From Hadesarchaea archaeon (GTDB taxonomy: Archaea; Hadarchaeota; Hadarchaeia; Hadarchaeales; Hadarchaeaceae), in contig JAUXAS010000001.1 of the NCBI GenBank assembly GCA_030619825.1, forward strand, positions 10,141 through 74,140: a stretch of DNA of 64,000 nucleotides. The letters are read 5' to 3'. The position numbers and the translations under genes are program-made. Under the pieces are notes generated by a model, which worked only from the letters and a program-made list of their open reading frames with translations, searched no databases and was not told the origin of the DNA. Of this stretch, positions 21,453-31,407 are shown in pieces. The first letter of the stretch is position 1. Every line of letters starts with the position of its first letter.

Positions 21453-22016
21453 ATGTACCGATACCTAAGAAAGGGCCAGGGGTCAGCCGAGTTGCGTAAA
21501 CTTATGCATATGCGAATGAGGGATTGGCGACGTGGCCCGGCAATAGTGCGGGTCGAGCGCCCAACCAGACTGGACCGCGCTCGGGCGCTGGGCTACAAGG
21601 CGAAACAGGGTGTGGTCGTCGTTCGAGCGCGGGTGCGGAAGGGCGGACGGCGGAAGGTGCGCCCTTGGCGGGGGCGAAGGCCGAAGCGCATGGGAGTTCG
21701 CAAGCTCGTGCCCAAGAAAAGCATCCAGCTAATTGCGGAGGGGCGGGCAGCTCGGAAATTCCCAAACTTGGAGGTGCTGAACTCCTACCCACTCGGCTCC
21801 GACGGCACCCACGAGTATTTCGAGGTGATCATGCTTGATCCAAACCACCCTGCAATTCTGAGTGATCCTCAGTTCGGGTGGGTGGCCGGTGAGGCGCACC
21901 GTGGGCGGGTTCATCGCGGGTTGACGCGGGCCGGGAGGAAGGCGCGTGGGCTACTCCATAAGGGCAAGGGCACCAAGAAGGCCAAGCCAAGTGTTAGGCC
22001 TCGCTGGCGTGACTGA
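21453..22016 (+). CDS. rpl15e: ribosomal protein L15e
   Basis: [11 protein letters not shown]..., highly basic, canonical L15e. Confidence 0.9.
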   Translation: MYRYLRKGQGSAELRKLMHMRMRDWRRGPAIVRVERPTRLDRARALGYKAKQGVVVVRARVRKGGRRKVRPWRGRRPKRMGVRKLVPKKSIQLIAEGRAARKFPNLEVLNSYPLGSDGTHEYFEVIMLDPNHPAILSDPQFGWVAGEAHRGRVHRGLTRAGRKARGLLHKGKGTKKAKPSVRPRWRD

Positions 22017-22027
22017 AGTGATAGCTG

Positions 22028-22474
22028 ATGGAATTCCCATTCAGGAATGCAGTCGTGAACACGTTCGTGCACGCGACTGAGGACGAACAGCGCGTGCTCA
22101 GCGTTTTGAGAACTTTGCTGTCTGAGGGGGTCGTAGTCCGTCGGTTGGAGCTCCAAGGCCACCACGGTAACCCAATTGTAAACCTAGATGCAAAGGTTGG
22201 GCAGAGGAAGCTTCTGCGCGAACTCTGGCAACGTGTTTCGACAAAGCTGCGTGCGGGTGAGCTAAAAAAGCTCGGCAAAATCGTGCCCGAGAGAGTCGAT
22301 AAGAATTGCTTTTTTTATCTAAGGTTCGATAAGCAGCTAGCGCATGCAGGCGAACTTGTGTTCACCGAAAGCGGCGATGCCATTCACTTTAAACTGAAGG
22401 TCGCGGCTTACCCAGCCAAGCGTGAGGTCGCGGTGAAATTACTTGAAGAGTTCATAGGGGCAGGATCCCGATGA
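22028..22474 (+). CDS. predicted RNA-binding protein of the exosome superoperon (DUF54/COG1325-like)
   Basis: N-terminal NTFVHATEDE motif and position between L15e and Pop5, as in the conserved superoperon. Confidence 0.5.
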   Translation: MEFPFRNAVVNTFVHATEDEQRVLSVLRTLLSEGVVVRRLELQGHHGNPIVNLDAKVGQRKLLRELWQRVSTKLRAGELKKLGKIVPERVDKNCFFYLRFDKQLAHAGELVFTESGDAIHFKLKVAAYPAKREVAVKLLEEFIGAGSR

Positions 22475-22782
22475 GGCAGAGGCGCAGGTACATCGCTTTT
22501 GAGTTCATCGGTAGCGGGGCTGGTAAAGGTGATATCATGCGAGCGATTTCTCACTCCCTTTTAACCCACAACCCAGCATTCGATCGAAGGATGCTCAAGT
22601 TGGTTTTTCACGATGTCAGTTCGCGACAGGGTTTGTTGCGCTGCGAGTATAGACAGGTTGGCGAGCTCAAGGCGGCGATGGCAAGCATTGAAAAAATTGG
22701 TGGTAGAAAAGCATCGCTCGTGATTTTGGGAGTTTCGGGTACACTCAAGGCAGCGAAGAGGAAGTTCTTGGGGCCCGCTTAA
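22471..22782 (+). CDS. rnp2: RNase P protein component 2 (Pop5)
   Basis: RRYIAFEF and ILGVSGTLKAAKRKFL match the Pop5 signature; overlaps the upstream stop. Confidence 0.7.
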   Translation: MRQRRRYIAFEFIGSGAGKGDIMRAISHSLLTHNPAFDRRMLKLVFHDVSSRQGLLRCEYRQVGELKAAMASIEKIGGRKASLVILGVSGTLKAAKRKFLGPA

Positions 22783-22851
22783 CCAAAGTATTATAAATGT
22801 TCCCGCTTTAGAAGCAATAGTCACAATCATCATTTAACGAGGTGGAAATAC

Positions 22852-23604
22852 ATGGCATTTATGCCGCCTGGAGCAGGCTACGATAGGGCAATCACCGTCT
22901 TTAGCCCTGACGGTAAGCTTTTCCAGGTTCAGTACGCCCAGGAAGCTGTGAAGCGGGGTCTAACAGCCTTGGGCATCAAGGTAAACGAAGGCGTGGTTTT
23001 GGCTGCGGAAAAGAGAGTTCGGAGTAAGCTAGTGGAGGAAGTGTCGATTGAGAAGATATTCCAAGTGGACGAGCATATCGGAGCTGCAGCTTCTGGGCTA
23101 ATCGCTGACGCTCGCGTGCTGATTGATCACGCGCGCCTCGAGGCGCAGATCAACCGCTTGCGTTACGATGAGCCGATTAGCGTGCAGGCGCTGGCGAAGC
23201 GCATCGGCGACATCAAGCAGCTCTACACCCAACATGGGGGCGTCAGGCCCTTCGGGGCTAGGCTGCTGATTGCCGGCGTCAACGCGGAGAGCGCTCACCT
23301 TTTCGAGACCGATCCTAGTGGCGTCGTTGCAGCATACAAATCCCAAGCGATAGGGGGTGGGGCCCCTACGGTCATCGAGTTTCTCGAGCGTCGCTACGAC
23401 GAGAAGATGCCTATCGATGACGTAGTTACCCTCGCTCTTGAGGCGCTTCGGGCTGTAATCGAGGGGGAGCTCAACCCCGAAAAGGTGGAGATGGCAGTCA
23501 TCCCGAGCGAGACTAAGCGTTTTGAGAAGCTTAGTTTCGAGGATTTGTCTAAATCCATAAAGCGAATGGGACCCAAGCCGCCAGCCAAGCCCGCCAAGGA
23601 GTAG
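22852..23604 (+). CDS. psmA: proteasome alpha subunit
   Basis: YDRAITVFSPDGKLFQVQYAQEAVKRG canonical alpha-subunit N-terminus. Confidence 0.9.
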   Translation: MAFMPPGAGYDRAITVFSPDGKLFQVQYAQEAVKRGLTALGIKVNEGVVLAAEKRVRSKLVEEVSIEKIFQVDEHIGAAASGLIADARVLIDHARLEAQINRLRYDEPISVQALAKRIGDIKQLYTQHGGVRPFGARLLIAGVNAESAHLFETDPSGVVAAYKSQAIGGGAPTVIEFLERRYDEKMPIDDVVTLALEALRAVIEGELNPEKVEMAVIPSETKRFEKLSFEDLSKSIKRMGPKPPAKPAKE

Positions 23605-23610
23605 CGGGTT

Positions 23611-24303
23611 ATGGTAAGGCTTGAGGACGCAGTCATTGCGAGGTTGTCCAGTCAGGGCACGGTTTTTGAAGTGCTTGCCGACCCCGAGTTAGCTCTCGCC
23701 CTAAGAAAGGGAGAAGAGATAGACATGCACCGTGTGCTCGCCAGCGATAAAATTTTCAAGGACTCCAAAAAGGGCGAGGCGGCCTCCGAAGAAATGATGA
23801 AGAAGGTTTTCGGCACGCTCGATGTGTTCAAAATCGCCGAACAGATAATCCGAAAGGGCGAGGTCCAAGTGACCACCGAGCAGCGCCGCAAGATGCGTGA
23901 GCGGCGACGGAGGCAGGTGGTGACGCTCATCTCGAGGCGGGCCATAAACCCCCAGACGGGCCTGCCTCATCCACCCGCGCGGATCGAGAGTGTACTAGCT
24001 GAGGCTAATGTACATGTCAACGAGTTCAAGAGCGCCGAGGAGCAACTCCCCGGCATCATAAAGACACTGCTGCCGATCATCCCCCTAAAATTCGAGATAC
24101 GAAGAATCGCGATCAAGATTCCCGCGAGCTACACGGGTAAAGCCCACCGGGTGGTGAGAGACTTTGCCACCGTCAAGCAGGAGCAGTGGCTTAACGATGG
24201 CTCCTGGGCGGCGGTCGTGGAGATCCCCGCTGGCATCCAGGGGGAGTTCTTCGACAAGCTCAACAATCTGACTCGAGGAGAGGTAGAGACCAAGGTGTTA
24301 TAA
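23611..24303 (+). CDS. sdo1: SBDS/Sdo1 ribosome maturation protein
   Basis: ARLSSQGTVFEVLADPE..., three-domain SBDS architecture. Confidence 0.85.
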   Translation: MVRLEDAVIARLSSQGTVFEVLADPELALALRKGEEIDMHRVLASDKIFKDSKKGEAASEEMMKKVFGTLDVFKIAEQIIRKGEVQVTTEQRRKMRERRRRQVVTLISRRAINPQTGLPHPPARIESVLAEANVHVNEFKSAEEQLPGIIKTLLPIIPLKFEIRRIAIKIPASYTGKAHRVVRDFATVKQEQWLNDGSWAAVVEIPAGIQGEFFDKLNNLTRGEVETKVL

Positions 24304-24999
24304 ATGCTTTACGTCCAAAATCGCGAGCTGGTCGTACCCGGACAGCTGATCGCCGAGGGAAGCTACAATGTGCGCGAGGGCGCGTTTCGGGAGGGCAAGC
24401 AGGTTTACGCATCGGTCGTAGGGCTCGCAGAGCTACGCGGGCAAGATATCCGTATCATCCCATTGCAGGGGCGCTACATCCCGAAGCCCGGCGATGTCGT
24501 AATAGGAGTGGTCGTAGATTCTTACTACTCGGGCTGGATTCTCGACATAAACTCACCCTACACGGGAAATCTTTTCGTCTCAGATTTGCTGCGACGAAAG
24601 GTCGACCTCGTCCGCGAGGACATCAGCCAATATCTCAGCATGGGGGACGTGGTAGTTGCGATGGTCAAAGATGTCAACGAGCGGATGCGCGTCCAGCTCG
24701 AGGCGGGCGAGCCTGGGATGGGTCGGGTCAAGGGGGGCAAACTCGTCGAGATCTCGCCCGCGAAGGTCCCCCGCGTGATCGGGCGAAAGGGCTCTATGCT
24801 CAACACCCTCCAGGATGTCGGCGAGTGCAAGTTGAGGGTCGGGCAGAACGGGCGGATAATGATTTGGGGAAAGAACCCCCGCATGATCAACGCCGTTGTC
24901 GAGGCCCTGCTCATGATCGAGCGCGAGGCGCATATCTCCGGCTTGACCGATAGGGTGCACCTCATGCTTGAAAAGATAAAATCCGAAGGAGGGGAATGA
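24304..24999 (+). CDS. rrp4: exosome RNA-binding subunit Rrp4 (S1 + KH)
   Basis: LVVPGQLIAEG N-terminus, S1 domain, KH GXXG (VIGRKGSMLNTL). Confidence 0.85.
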   Translation: MLYVQNRELVVPGQLIAEGSYNVREGAFREGKQVYASVVGLAELRGQDIRIIPLQGRYIPKPGDVVIGVVVDSYYSGWILDINSPYTGNLFVSDLLRRKVDLVREDISQYLSMGDVVVAMVKDVNERMRVQLEAGEPGMGRVKGGKLVEISPAKVPRVIGRKGSMLNTLQDVGECKLRVGQNGRIMIWGKNPRMINAVVEALLMIEREAHISGLTDRVHLMLEKIKSEGGE

Positions 25000-25722
25000 A
25001 TGAAAAAACCTGAAAAACTCATCGAGAACGGCAAGCGGCTCGATGGTCGCGTGCCGGATGAGATGAGGCCGTTGAAGATAGAGGCGGGAATTTTGGAGCG
25101 GGCTGATGGGTCGGCATACGTCGAGCTTGGGGCTAACAAGGTACTCGCGGCGGTCTACGGGCCGCGGGAGATGCATCCACGCCACCGTCAGCAGCCGGAT
25201 ACGGCGGTGCTGCGATGCCGCTACAATATGGCCCCGTTCTCGGTGGATGAGCGGAAGCGCCCCGGGCCCGATAGGCGCTCGGTGGAGATATCGAAGGTGA
25301 CGCGGGAGGCGCTCGAGTCCGTGCTGTTTCTTGAGCTCTACCCCCGCTCGGTAATAGATGTCTTCATCGAGGTCCTACAGGCGGACGCGGGGACACGTAC
25401 CGCAGGCATAAACGCTGCGTCCGTGGCACTAGCGGATGCGGGCGTTCCGATGCGCGATATGGTTTCATCGATTGCAGTAGGGAAGATAGACGATACAATA
25501 GTGCTTGACTTGACCAAGGATGAGGATCAGTGGGGAACGACGGACATGCCAATAGCGATGGTGCCTAGGAAGAAGCTGGTCACATTACTGCAGATGGACG
25601 GCCACTTCACCAAGGAAGAGTTCGGGCAAGCCTTGGGCCTCGCATTTAAAGCATGCGAGCAGATATACGGGATACAACGACAAGCCCTAAGAGAGAAGTA
25701 TGCGATTAAACAGGAGAAATGA
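25000..25722 (+). CDS. rrp41: exosome catalytic subunit Rrp41 (RNase PH)
   Basis: RLDGR...MRP motif, [21 protein letters not shown]. Confidence 0.9.
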   Translation: MKKPEKLIENGKRLDGRVPDEMRPLKIEAGILERADGSAYVELGANKVLAAVYGPREMHPRHRQQPDTAVLRCRYNMAPFSVDERKRPGPDRRSVEISKVTREALESVLFLELYPRSVIDVFIEVLQADAGTRTAGINAASVALADAGVPMRDMVSSIAVGKIDDTIVLDLTKDEDQWGTTDMPIAMVPRKKLVTLLQMDGHFTKEEFGQALGLAFKACEQIYGIQRQALREKYAIKQEK

Positions 25723-25725
25723 AGC

Positions 25726-26490
25726 ATGTACGAAATAGTTTCAAGCGTCAGGCGCGATTACATCGCTGACCTCGCGCGCGAAGGCAAGCGAATAGATACT
25801 CGAACGATGGATCAGTTTCGAGAGGTTTCTGTGGAGGTCGGTCCGATAAAGAGCGCCCAAGGCTCAGCTCTTGTAAAGGTAGGCAAAACGCAGGTGGTGG
25901 CAGGCATTAAGGTTGAACACGCTGAGCCGTTCCCCGATAAACCAGATAACGGGATGCTGGTCGTTAACGCCGAACTCCTGCCTTTGGCATCGCCCACTTT
26001 CGAACCAGGGCGGCCCAGTGAAAACGCGATTGAGCTAGCTCGCGTGGTCGACCGAGGCATACGTGAGTCAAACGCGATTGACTTGGATAAGCTGGTGATA
26101 AAATCCGGTGAGGACGTCTGGGCGGTCTTCATCGACATCTATGTGCTCGACCACGACGGGAACTTGATCGACGCCTCGGCGCTCGCGGCGATAGCAGCGC
26201 TCCTGAACGCGAAGCCGCCCGAGGACGAGGCGTGGACGCTGCCCGAGTTCCCAATCCAGAAAAGGCCCGTGGCGGTGACCGTGGCGAAGATCAACAGCAA
26301 GCTTATGATTGACCCCTGTCTGGACGAGGAAGGAGTAATGGACGCACGCATAACCATAGCGACGATTGAGGACGGCAGCATATGCGCGGTGCAGAAGGGC
26401 GGCATCGGGTGCTTCTCGCGGGAGGAACTGGAGCAGGCTTACGAGATGGCCAGGGCGGAGGGAGCGGAGCTTAGAGCAAAACTGGGGTGA
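25726..26490 (+). CDS. rrp42: exosome subunit Rrp42 (RNase PH-like)
   Basis: RIDTRTMDQFREV..., RNase PH domain 2. Confidence 0.9.
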   Translation: MYEIVSSVRRDYIADLAREGKRIDTRTMDQFREVSVEVGPIKSAQGSALVKVGKTQVVAGIKVEHAEPFPDKPDNGMLVVNAELLPLASPTFEPGRPSENAIELARVVDRGIRESNAIDLDKLVIKSGEDVWAVFIDIYVLDHDGNLIDASALAAIAALLNAKPPEDEAWTLPEFPIQKRPVAVTVAKINSKLMIDPCLDEEGVMDARITIATIEDGSICAVQKGGIGCFSREELEQAYEMARAEGAELRAKLG

Positions 26491-26494
26491 ACGT

Positions 26495-26761
26495 GTGCCT
26501 CGGGCAAAGAAAGTCGGCTCCACGGGGGGGCTTGGTCCTCGTTATGGCACGAAGCTACGAAAGCTCGTGCTTGTGGTGGAGCGCAAGCTCCGGCAGCGCT
26601 ACAGGTGCCCGAACTGTGGGGCGGTAAAAGTCAAGCGTGTGGGCGCCTCGATCTGGCGATGTGGGCGTTGTGGAGCGAAGTTTGCTGGCGCGGCATATTC
26701 ACCATCAGCGCTGGCCGCGGTGCCGAAGAGGGAGACGCCGGTCGAGGCGGAGGATGGTTAG
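26495..26761 (+). CDS. rpl37ae: ribosomal protein L37Ae
   Basis: GTG start right after the rrp42 stop; (M)PRAKKVGSTGGLGPRYGTKLRK… CPNCG…CGRCG zinc ribbon. Confidence 0.85.
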   Translation: MPRAKKVGSTGGLGPRYGTKLRKLVLVVERKLRQRYRCPNCGAVKVKRVGASIWRCGRCGAKFAGAAYSPSALAAVPKRETPVEAEDG

Positions 26762-26893
26762 ATGTTGAGGTGCAGCAATTGCGGAAGGCAAATAGAGAAA
26801 CTCCTTGAAGGGCGCGTGAGATGCCCTCATTGTGGGTCCCGCATGCTATTTAAACCCCGCCCTGAGGTGGTCCGTAAAGTCAGGGCGAGGTAA
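26762..26893 (+). CDS. rpoP: DNA-directed RNA polymerase subunit P (RpoP/Rpb12)
   Basis: 43-aa ORF MLRCSNCGRQIEKLLEGRVRCPHCGSRMLFKPRPEVVRKVRAR*, missing from the ORF track (under 60 aa). CxxC…CxxC fold; position between L37Ae and Brix matches the conserved superoperon. Confidence 0.75.
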   Translation: MLRCSNCGRQIEKLLEGRVRCPHCGSRMLFKPRPEVVRKVRAR

Positions 26894-27424
26894 ATGCTAA
26901 TCTCCACTTCAAGGCGCCCAGGACATCGCACGAGAATTTTATGCAGGGAACTCACACGGGTCCTTCCGAATGCGACCTATGTGCCGCGCGGGGCAAAAAC
27001 GATAAGTAAACTAACCTCGCTCGCCAGCTCGCTCGGTCACGATCGCGTGATGGTCGTGAATAGCCTCGCGGGGCGACCCAGGGAGCTACGGTTTCTGGCC
27101 GTCGTCCAAGGCTGGCGATGGCTCGACGCGCGGGTTGAGTTGGGTGAGGTCAAGCTCCAGCGAGACCTCGGGCAGAAGGCCAAACTCGAAGGGACAAAAT
27201 TTTGCGCCGAAGGCCCAAAGGCGCGGAATCTTGCAAATTTTTTCAGTGAGTTATTAAACTTACCTATCTTGGGTGAGCTGCCAAATGCCGGGGGGGTTGT
27301 CCTAATAACTTCCGACGATGAGCTTCAGCTCCAATTCCAGCTCAGGCCGAGCTCCGAGGCGATCGGGCCGGTACTCCAAATAGCAAGTTTCGGGCGATTG
27401 CGTGGTGAAAGCGGAGCGAGCTAG
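26894..27424 (+). CDS. Brix/Imp4-domain ribosome biogenesis protein
   Basis: ISTSRRP N-terminus and sigma-70-like motif region typical of archaeal Brix proteins; conserved superoperon position. Confidence 0.75.
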   Translation: MLISTSRRPGHRTRILCRELTRVLPNATYVPRGAKTISKLTSLASSLGHDRVMVVNSLAGRPRELRFLAVVQGWRWLDARVELGEVKLQRDLGQKAKLEGTKFCAEGPKARNLANFFSELLNLPILGELPNAGGVVLITSDDELQLQFQLRPSSEAIGPVLQIASFGRLRGESGAS

Positions 27425-27662
27425 CGCGGGCGTCGAGTTCGCCTTCAAGAGCGCGCGCGAGGCTGGGGCAGTACAGCGGGCGCTTAGGCCCGAGGAAGCG
27501 TTGCCAGCTTCGACGCGGTGCAGGACGAGCATCCGACGCAGGAAAAACGTTTTATGTCTGCAGATAGATGCAGAAGATACAGCAGCCCTACGCGCAGCGC
27601 TGAATTCGTTCCTCCGGTGGACGATCGTCGCGCGCGATGTAATCGAATCAAGGGGAAAATAA
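27402..27662 (+). CDS. pcc1: KEOPS subunit Pcc1
   Basis: QIDAEDTAALRAALNSFLRWT is the Pcc1 hallmark; GTG start overlaps the Brix stop. Confidence 0.8.
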   Translation: MVKAERASAGVEFAFKSAREAGAVQRALRPEEALPASTRCRTSIRRRKNVLCLQIDAEDTAALRAALNSFLRWTIVARDVIESRGK

Positions 27663-28028
27663 ATGGAAAAGCCATCACCTCAGATGCGCCATCAGCTCGC
27701 GCAGTTTCGGCAGGCCCAGCAGCAGGCCCAAGTGTTGATGACGCAACGACAGCAGCTCGAGCTACTCTTACGAGAGACCGAGCGAGCCCTCGAGGAGCTA
27801 GGGAAACTCCAAGAGGGCGCCACGGTCTACAAGAGCGTGGGGACCATCTTGGTCAAGTCGGAGCGAGAGGAGCTTAAAAAGAGCCTTGGTGAGCAGAAGG
27901 AAACCCTTGACCTGCGAATTAAAACGCTCGAGCGCCAGGAGGAACGTATCGTCCAGCGCCTGCGAGAGATGCGCGAAAAGCTCGAGGGGGCCCTAAAGGG
28001 CAATCTGCCTAGCGAAGAGGCGTCTTAG
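27663..28028 (+). CDS. pfdB: prefoldin beta subunit
   Basis: Two coiled-coil arms flanking a beta hairpin (ATVYKSVGTILVK); ~120 aa. Confidence 0.8.
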   Translation: MEKPSPQMRHQLAQFRQAQQQAQVLMTQRQQLELLLRETERALEELGKLQEGATVYKSVGTILVKSEREELKKSLGEQKETLDLRIKTLERQEERIVQRLREMREKLEGALKGNLPSEEAS

Positions 28029-28041
28029 TTTAAGTGAAATT

Positions 28042-29025
28042 ATGAAGGAGCTGGCTAATTTTTTGGCCGGGGCTGCCGAGCGTGGGCAGCAAATCCTAGT
28101 ACTATGTCACCATAATGCCGACCCCGATGCTGTCGCCAGCGCGATCGTGCTCACCGAGGTCCTCAATCGCTTGGGCGCGCGGGCCAAAGCTGGGGTTTCT
28201 GAGAGCCTCAGTCTCATCTCCCAGAACCTCCTGAGGGCGTTCGGGCGGGAGATCGCGATAAACCCCCCATTGGAAGCAGGTCTTGTTGTACTCGTCGATA
28301 CCTCAAGCTTGGAGCACCTCGGCAAGCTTGGGGAACAACTCGAACAAAAGGCGCCAAAATTAGTGGTGATCGACCACCACCGCCCGGTCGAGGCGATGAA
28401 ACAACTGGCGAGCTTTTATTTCGTCCAAGAGGAGTTTGCATCCGAGTCGGAACTTATCCTGCAGCTCGTTCGGGAGCTGGGTGCGGAGCTTACTCCGGAG
28501 GGGGCATCCTTGTTGCTTGCAGGCATCATAAGCGACACCGCTCACTTCAGGTTCGCGAAGGATCAAACCTTCGAGGCAGTCAACTCTCTCATAAAGGCAG
28601 GTGTTAATTACAGGCGCGTGCTGGAGGCGCTTAGGCTACCCGAGGATCCCTCGAAGCGGGTCGCGATGCTAAAGGCCGCGCAGCGGGTGGAGCTGCGTCG
28701 GATTCACGGGCGATTGGTAGTCCTCTCCGAGTTGGGGTCCTTCGAGGGCGACGCGGCGTCGATGTTGGTGCGAATCGGGGCAGATGTGGCGATCGTTGGT
28801 TCGGAAGAGAAAGGCAGGATAAGGCTTAGCGGACGTGCACGCCAAGAGATTTTGAAGACATTGGGGCTTCATTTGGGTGAGCTCATGGAGGAGCTCGGGA
28901 AGCAATTTGGGGGCAGCGGGGGCGGACACGCAGGTGCCGCGAGCATGAACGGCGAGGGAGAGCTAGAGGAAGCCAAAAAATATCTGTTCAAGGCCCTTCA
29001 GCAGAAGTTGAAACCGAAGGAATGA
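28042..29025 (+). CDS. DHH-family phosphoesterase (NrnA-like nanoRNase / pAp phosphatase)
   Basis: DHH motifs (LCHHNADPDAVAS, LVVIDHH) and DHHA1 (GGSGGGHAGAAS). Confidence 0.7.
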   Translation: MKELANFLAGAAERGQQILVLCHHNADPDAVASAIVLTEVLNRLGARAKAGVSESLSLISQNLLRAFGREIAINPPLEAGLVVLVDTSSLEHLGKLGEQLEQKAPKLVVIDHHRPVEAMKQLASFYFVQEEFASESELILQLVRELGAELTPEGASLLLAGIISDTAHFRFAKDQTFEAVNSLIKAGVNYRRVLEALRLPEDPSKRVAMLKAAQRVELRRIHGRLVVLSELGSFEGDAASMLVRIGADVAIVGSEEKGRIRLSGRARQEILKTLGLHLGELMEELGKQFGGSGGGHAGAASMNGEGELEEAKKYLFKALQQKLKPKE

Positions 29026-29029
29026 TCGG

Positions 29030-29956
29030 ATGGTAATTTCTGCTCGTGAGCTTGCAGAGCTCGAGCGTGCGGGCTATCGATTCGTCGGCAAACACAAACA
29101 CGGCGCGGTCAAAGTCTGCCATTGGACGCGAAAAAGCTTGCTCCAGCGAGGGTCTTGCTACAAAGAGCAGTTCTATGGGCGAGAGCTTGGCATGCAAAGC
29201 CATCGCTGCCTGCAGTTCACACCCAGCTTGCCGTTTTGCGATCACCGTTGCATCTACTGTTGGCGGAACATCAACGTGACCCACTCGAACTGGGTTGGTG
29301 AGGTCGATGAGCCGGCAGATATTTTGGACGGAGCAATTTCAGCGCAGAGAAAGCTGCTTAGCGGGTTCGGCGGCAACCCCAATGTCAACAAAAAGAAGCT
29401 CAAGGAGGCCCAGGAGCCAAAACACTGCGCGATTTCTTTAGCTGGTGAGCCGACCATCTATCCCAAAATAAATGAATTAGTTGAGGAGTGTAGCAGGCGA
29501 GGAATGACGAGTTTTTTGGTTACAAATGGTATGCACCCAGAAGTCTTGGAACACCTCGCTGAGCCCACGCAGCTTTACATCTCGGTCGTTGCATCGGATC
29601 TCGAAACCTACGAGGCGGTTTGCCAACCAACCGTTCCCGATGGCTGGGGGCGGCTGAACCGAAGTCTCGAGCTCATGCCATCATTCACGTGCAGAAGAGT
29701 CATCCGTCTGACGCTGGTCAAGGGGCTCAACCTTAAGGATGCACCTGGATACGCAAAGTTCATCGAAAAGGCCGCGCCAGATTTTATCGAGGCGAAAAGT
29801 TATATGTGGGTTGGGTACTCGCGCAAAAGACTAACTCTGGAGAACATGCCCCTGCACGGCGAGGTGAGGGAGTTTTCTGAGGCGCTGGCACGCGAGACGG
29901 GCTACAAGTTGGTTGATGAGTCCAAAGTCAGTCGCGTCATCTTGCTGAAGGGCTAA
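29030..29956 (+). CDS. taw1: tRNA 4-demethylwyosine synthase Taw1 (TYW1, radical SAM)
   Basis: GYRFVGKH...KVCHW, radical-SAM cluster CDHRCIYCWR, second Cys cluster; canonical Taw1. Confidence 0.85.
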   Translation: MVISARELAELERAGYRFVGKHKHGAVKVCHWTRKSLLQRGSCYKEQFYGRELGMQSHRCLQFTPSLPFCDHRCIYCWRNINVTHSNWVGEVDEPADILDGAISAQRKLLSGFGGNPNVNKKKLKEAQEPKHCAISLAGEPTIYPKINELVEECSRRGMTSFLVTNGMHPEVLEHLAEPTQLYISVVASDLETYEAVCQPTVPDGWGRLNRSLELMPSFTCRRVIRLTLVKGLNLKDAPGYAKFIEKAAPDFIEAKSYMWVGYSRKRLTLENMPLHGEVREFSEALARETGYKLVDESKVSRVILLKG

Positions 29957-30018
29957 GCAGCGTGTTCTAGGTTATAAAAAAGAAGTGTAACCGACCCGCT
30001 CCGGCATTGCTGGGTCGG

Positions 30019-31131
30019 CTAACTTCCTCTCAAGTTCCCTAGTAATTTCTCTCGCCATCTCTGCCGTATGTTTTCAGCGAACTGCTCCCAGTTTTCGAGG
30101 ATGTTCTCCCAAGCTCCTTCCTCGATGAGTTCTTGTTTGAGTTCCTGCCATCTCTCTCTCCACTGCATCCATTGACCCGTAAATTCTGGCTCCCATTCGC
30201 TGGCATGTTCGAGGATCAGCTTTGCGTTGCGGAGGGGCATTATTGCGGCGTGAATCAGTCCCAGCGCTCTCCTAAGCTTCTCCCCTTCATATGCAGTCAC
30301 AGCTCTATCCTTGTATTGTTTAGTCGCCACTTCAACGAGCTGCCTTACCGCTCGCACACCGTGCGTATTTTCTGGTGCTCCCTCAAGCATCGCCTGAACT
30401 TCGGCAAACAGGTTTTTGAACTCATTCAGCTTTTCTTCGAAACTTTGTGCCACGATTGGAATTGGCCTCACGATGGTGATGTCGACCTCGATGTTCACCG
30501 TGACATCCACATCAGCGAGCACGTTGTCGATGTCGAAGTATATATTGACAGGTCTTCTTATTCGCGCCCTGTGCCGCCTCACGATATTTTCAATCTTTTC
30601 TCTGATCAACCTCAGGCGCGCTCGGGCATTCTCACGCAACTCTGCAACTTCTAACCATTCTTCGCAGTTTTCGATTTCATTGCAAATTCTATCGATTTCT
30701 TCACTAACCTCGGGCAAGTCATCCTTAAGGCCCTCACACAGCTCCTTGGACAGCCTCAATTGCACTCTGCAAATCCCAAGCATTTGACCTTGCATCCATT
30801 GTATTTCCTCTCGCTCAGCCTCGACATCTCCGGGTGCGACGGCATGCATCTTTTCCACGAACTCTTCTAAGATTTTCTTATACCCTATGCCCTTTCCTCG
30901 GTCGACCAAGCGAGCATATTCACCCCAGCGCTCCCTCATTTGGTCATCATCTCCAACCATTCGGATCCGCTCGCCCAAGCGCTCGAGCCCGTAAAGTGGA
31001 TGGTCTGGGTCGACATCTGCCACGTCAACTATCACAGGCGTCGCCACAGCCGCGCCCGTCGATGCAGCGATGACTATCACTACTGCAAGCGCCGCCACGC
31101 CTTTTTGGTCAAGCCTTCTCATTTTTCTCAC
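30019..31131 (-). CDS. secreted/membrane-anchored hypothetical protein
   Basis: N-terminal signal/TM (AALAVVIVIAASTGAAVATPV), internal VDVTVNIEVDITIV repetitive strand segment, acidic Trp-rich C-terminus; no known family recognised. Confidence 0.45.
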   Translation of the reverse strand: MRKMRRLDQKGVAALAVVIVIAASTGAAVATPVIVDVADVDPDHPLYGLERLGERIRMVGDDDQMRERWGEYARLVDRGKGIGYKKILEEFVEKMHAVAPGDVEAEREEIQWMQGQMLGICRVQLRLSKELCEGLKDDLPEVSEEIDRICNEIENCEEWLEVAELRENARARLRLIREKIENIVRRHRARIRRPVNIYFDIDNVLADVDVTVNIEVDITIVRPIPIVAQSFEEKLNEFKNLFAEVQAMLEGAPENTHGVRAVRQLVEVATKQYKDRAVTAYEGEKLRRALGLIHAAIMPLRNAKLILEHASEWEPEFTGQWMQWRERWQELKQELIEEGAWENILENWEQFAENIRQRWREKLLGNLRGS

Positions 31132-31407
31132 CTTTTTTGGTTCGGGTTGAGCTCCCCACGCCGCCCCTATCGCGCGCGCGGTTCATCGATTTTCACGTAA
31201 ATCTTTGGAAAGGGGGGTATTTACCGAGTCTCCAAAAACCGTCCTATCTCCATTCAGCTCTGGATTCAAAAGCCGATTTGTAAGTTAAAAACCAATTATT
31301 TTTCCCCTTATCGTTCAAATAGCCCTAATAATCCTGATTTTTGATTTTGGACCCATTTACTTCGAAAGATTTATGTTGCTCAATACGTTCAAAACTATGG
31401 TCGGTCG

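Noticed and set aside
26605-26808. 67-aa ORF spanning the L37Ae/RpoP junction
   Set aside because: It is out of frame with both conserved small genes; L37Ae (GTG 26495) and RpoP (ATG 26762) account for the region.
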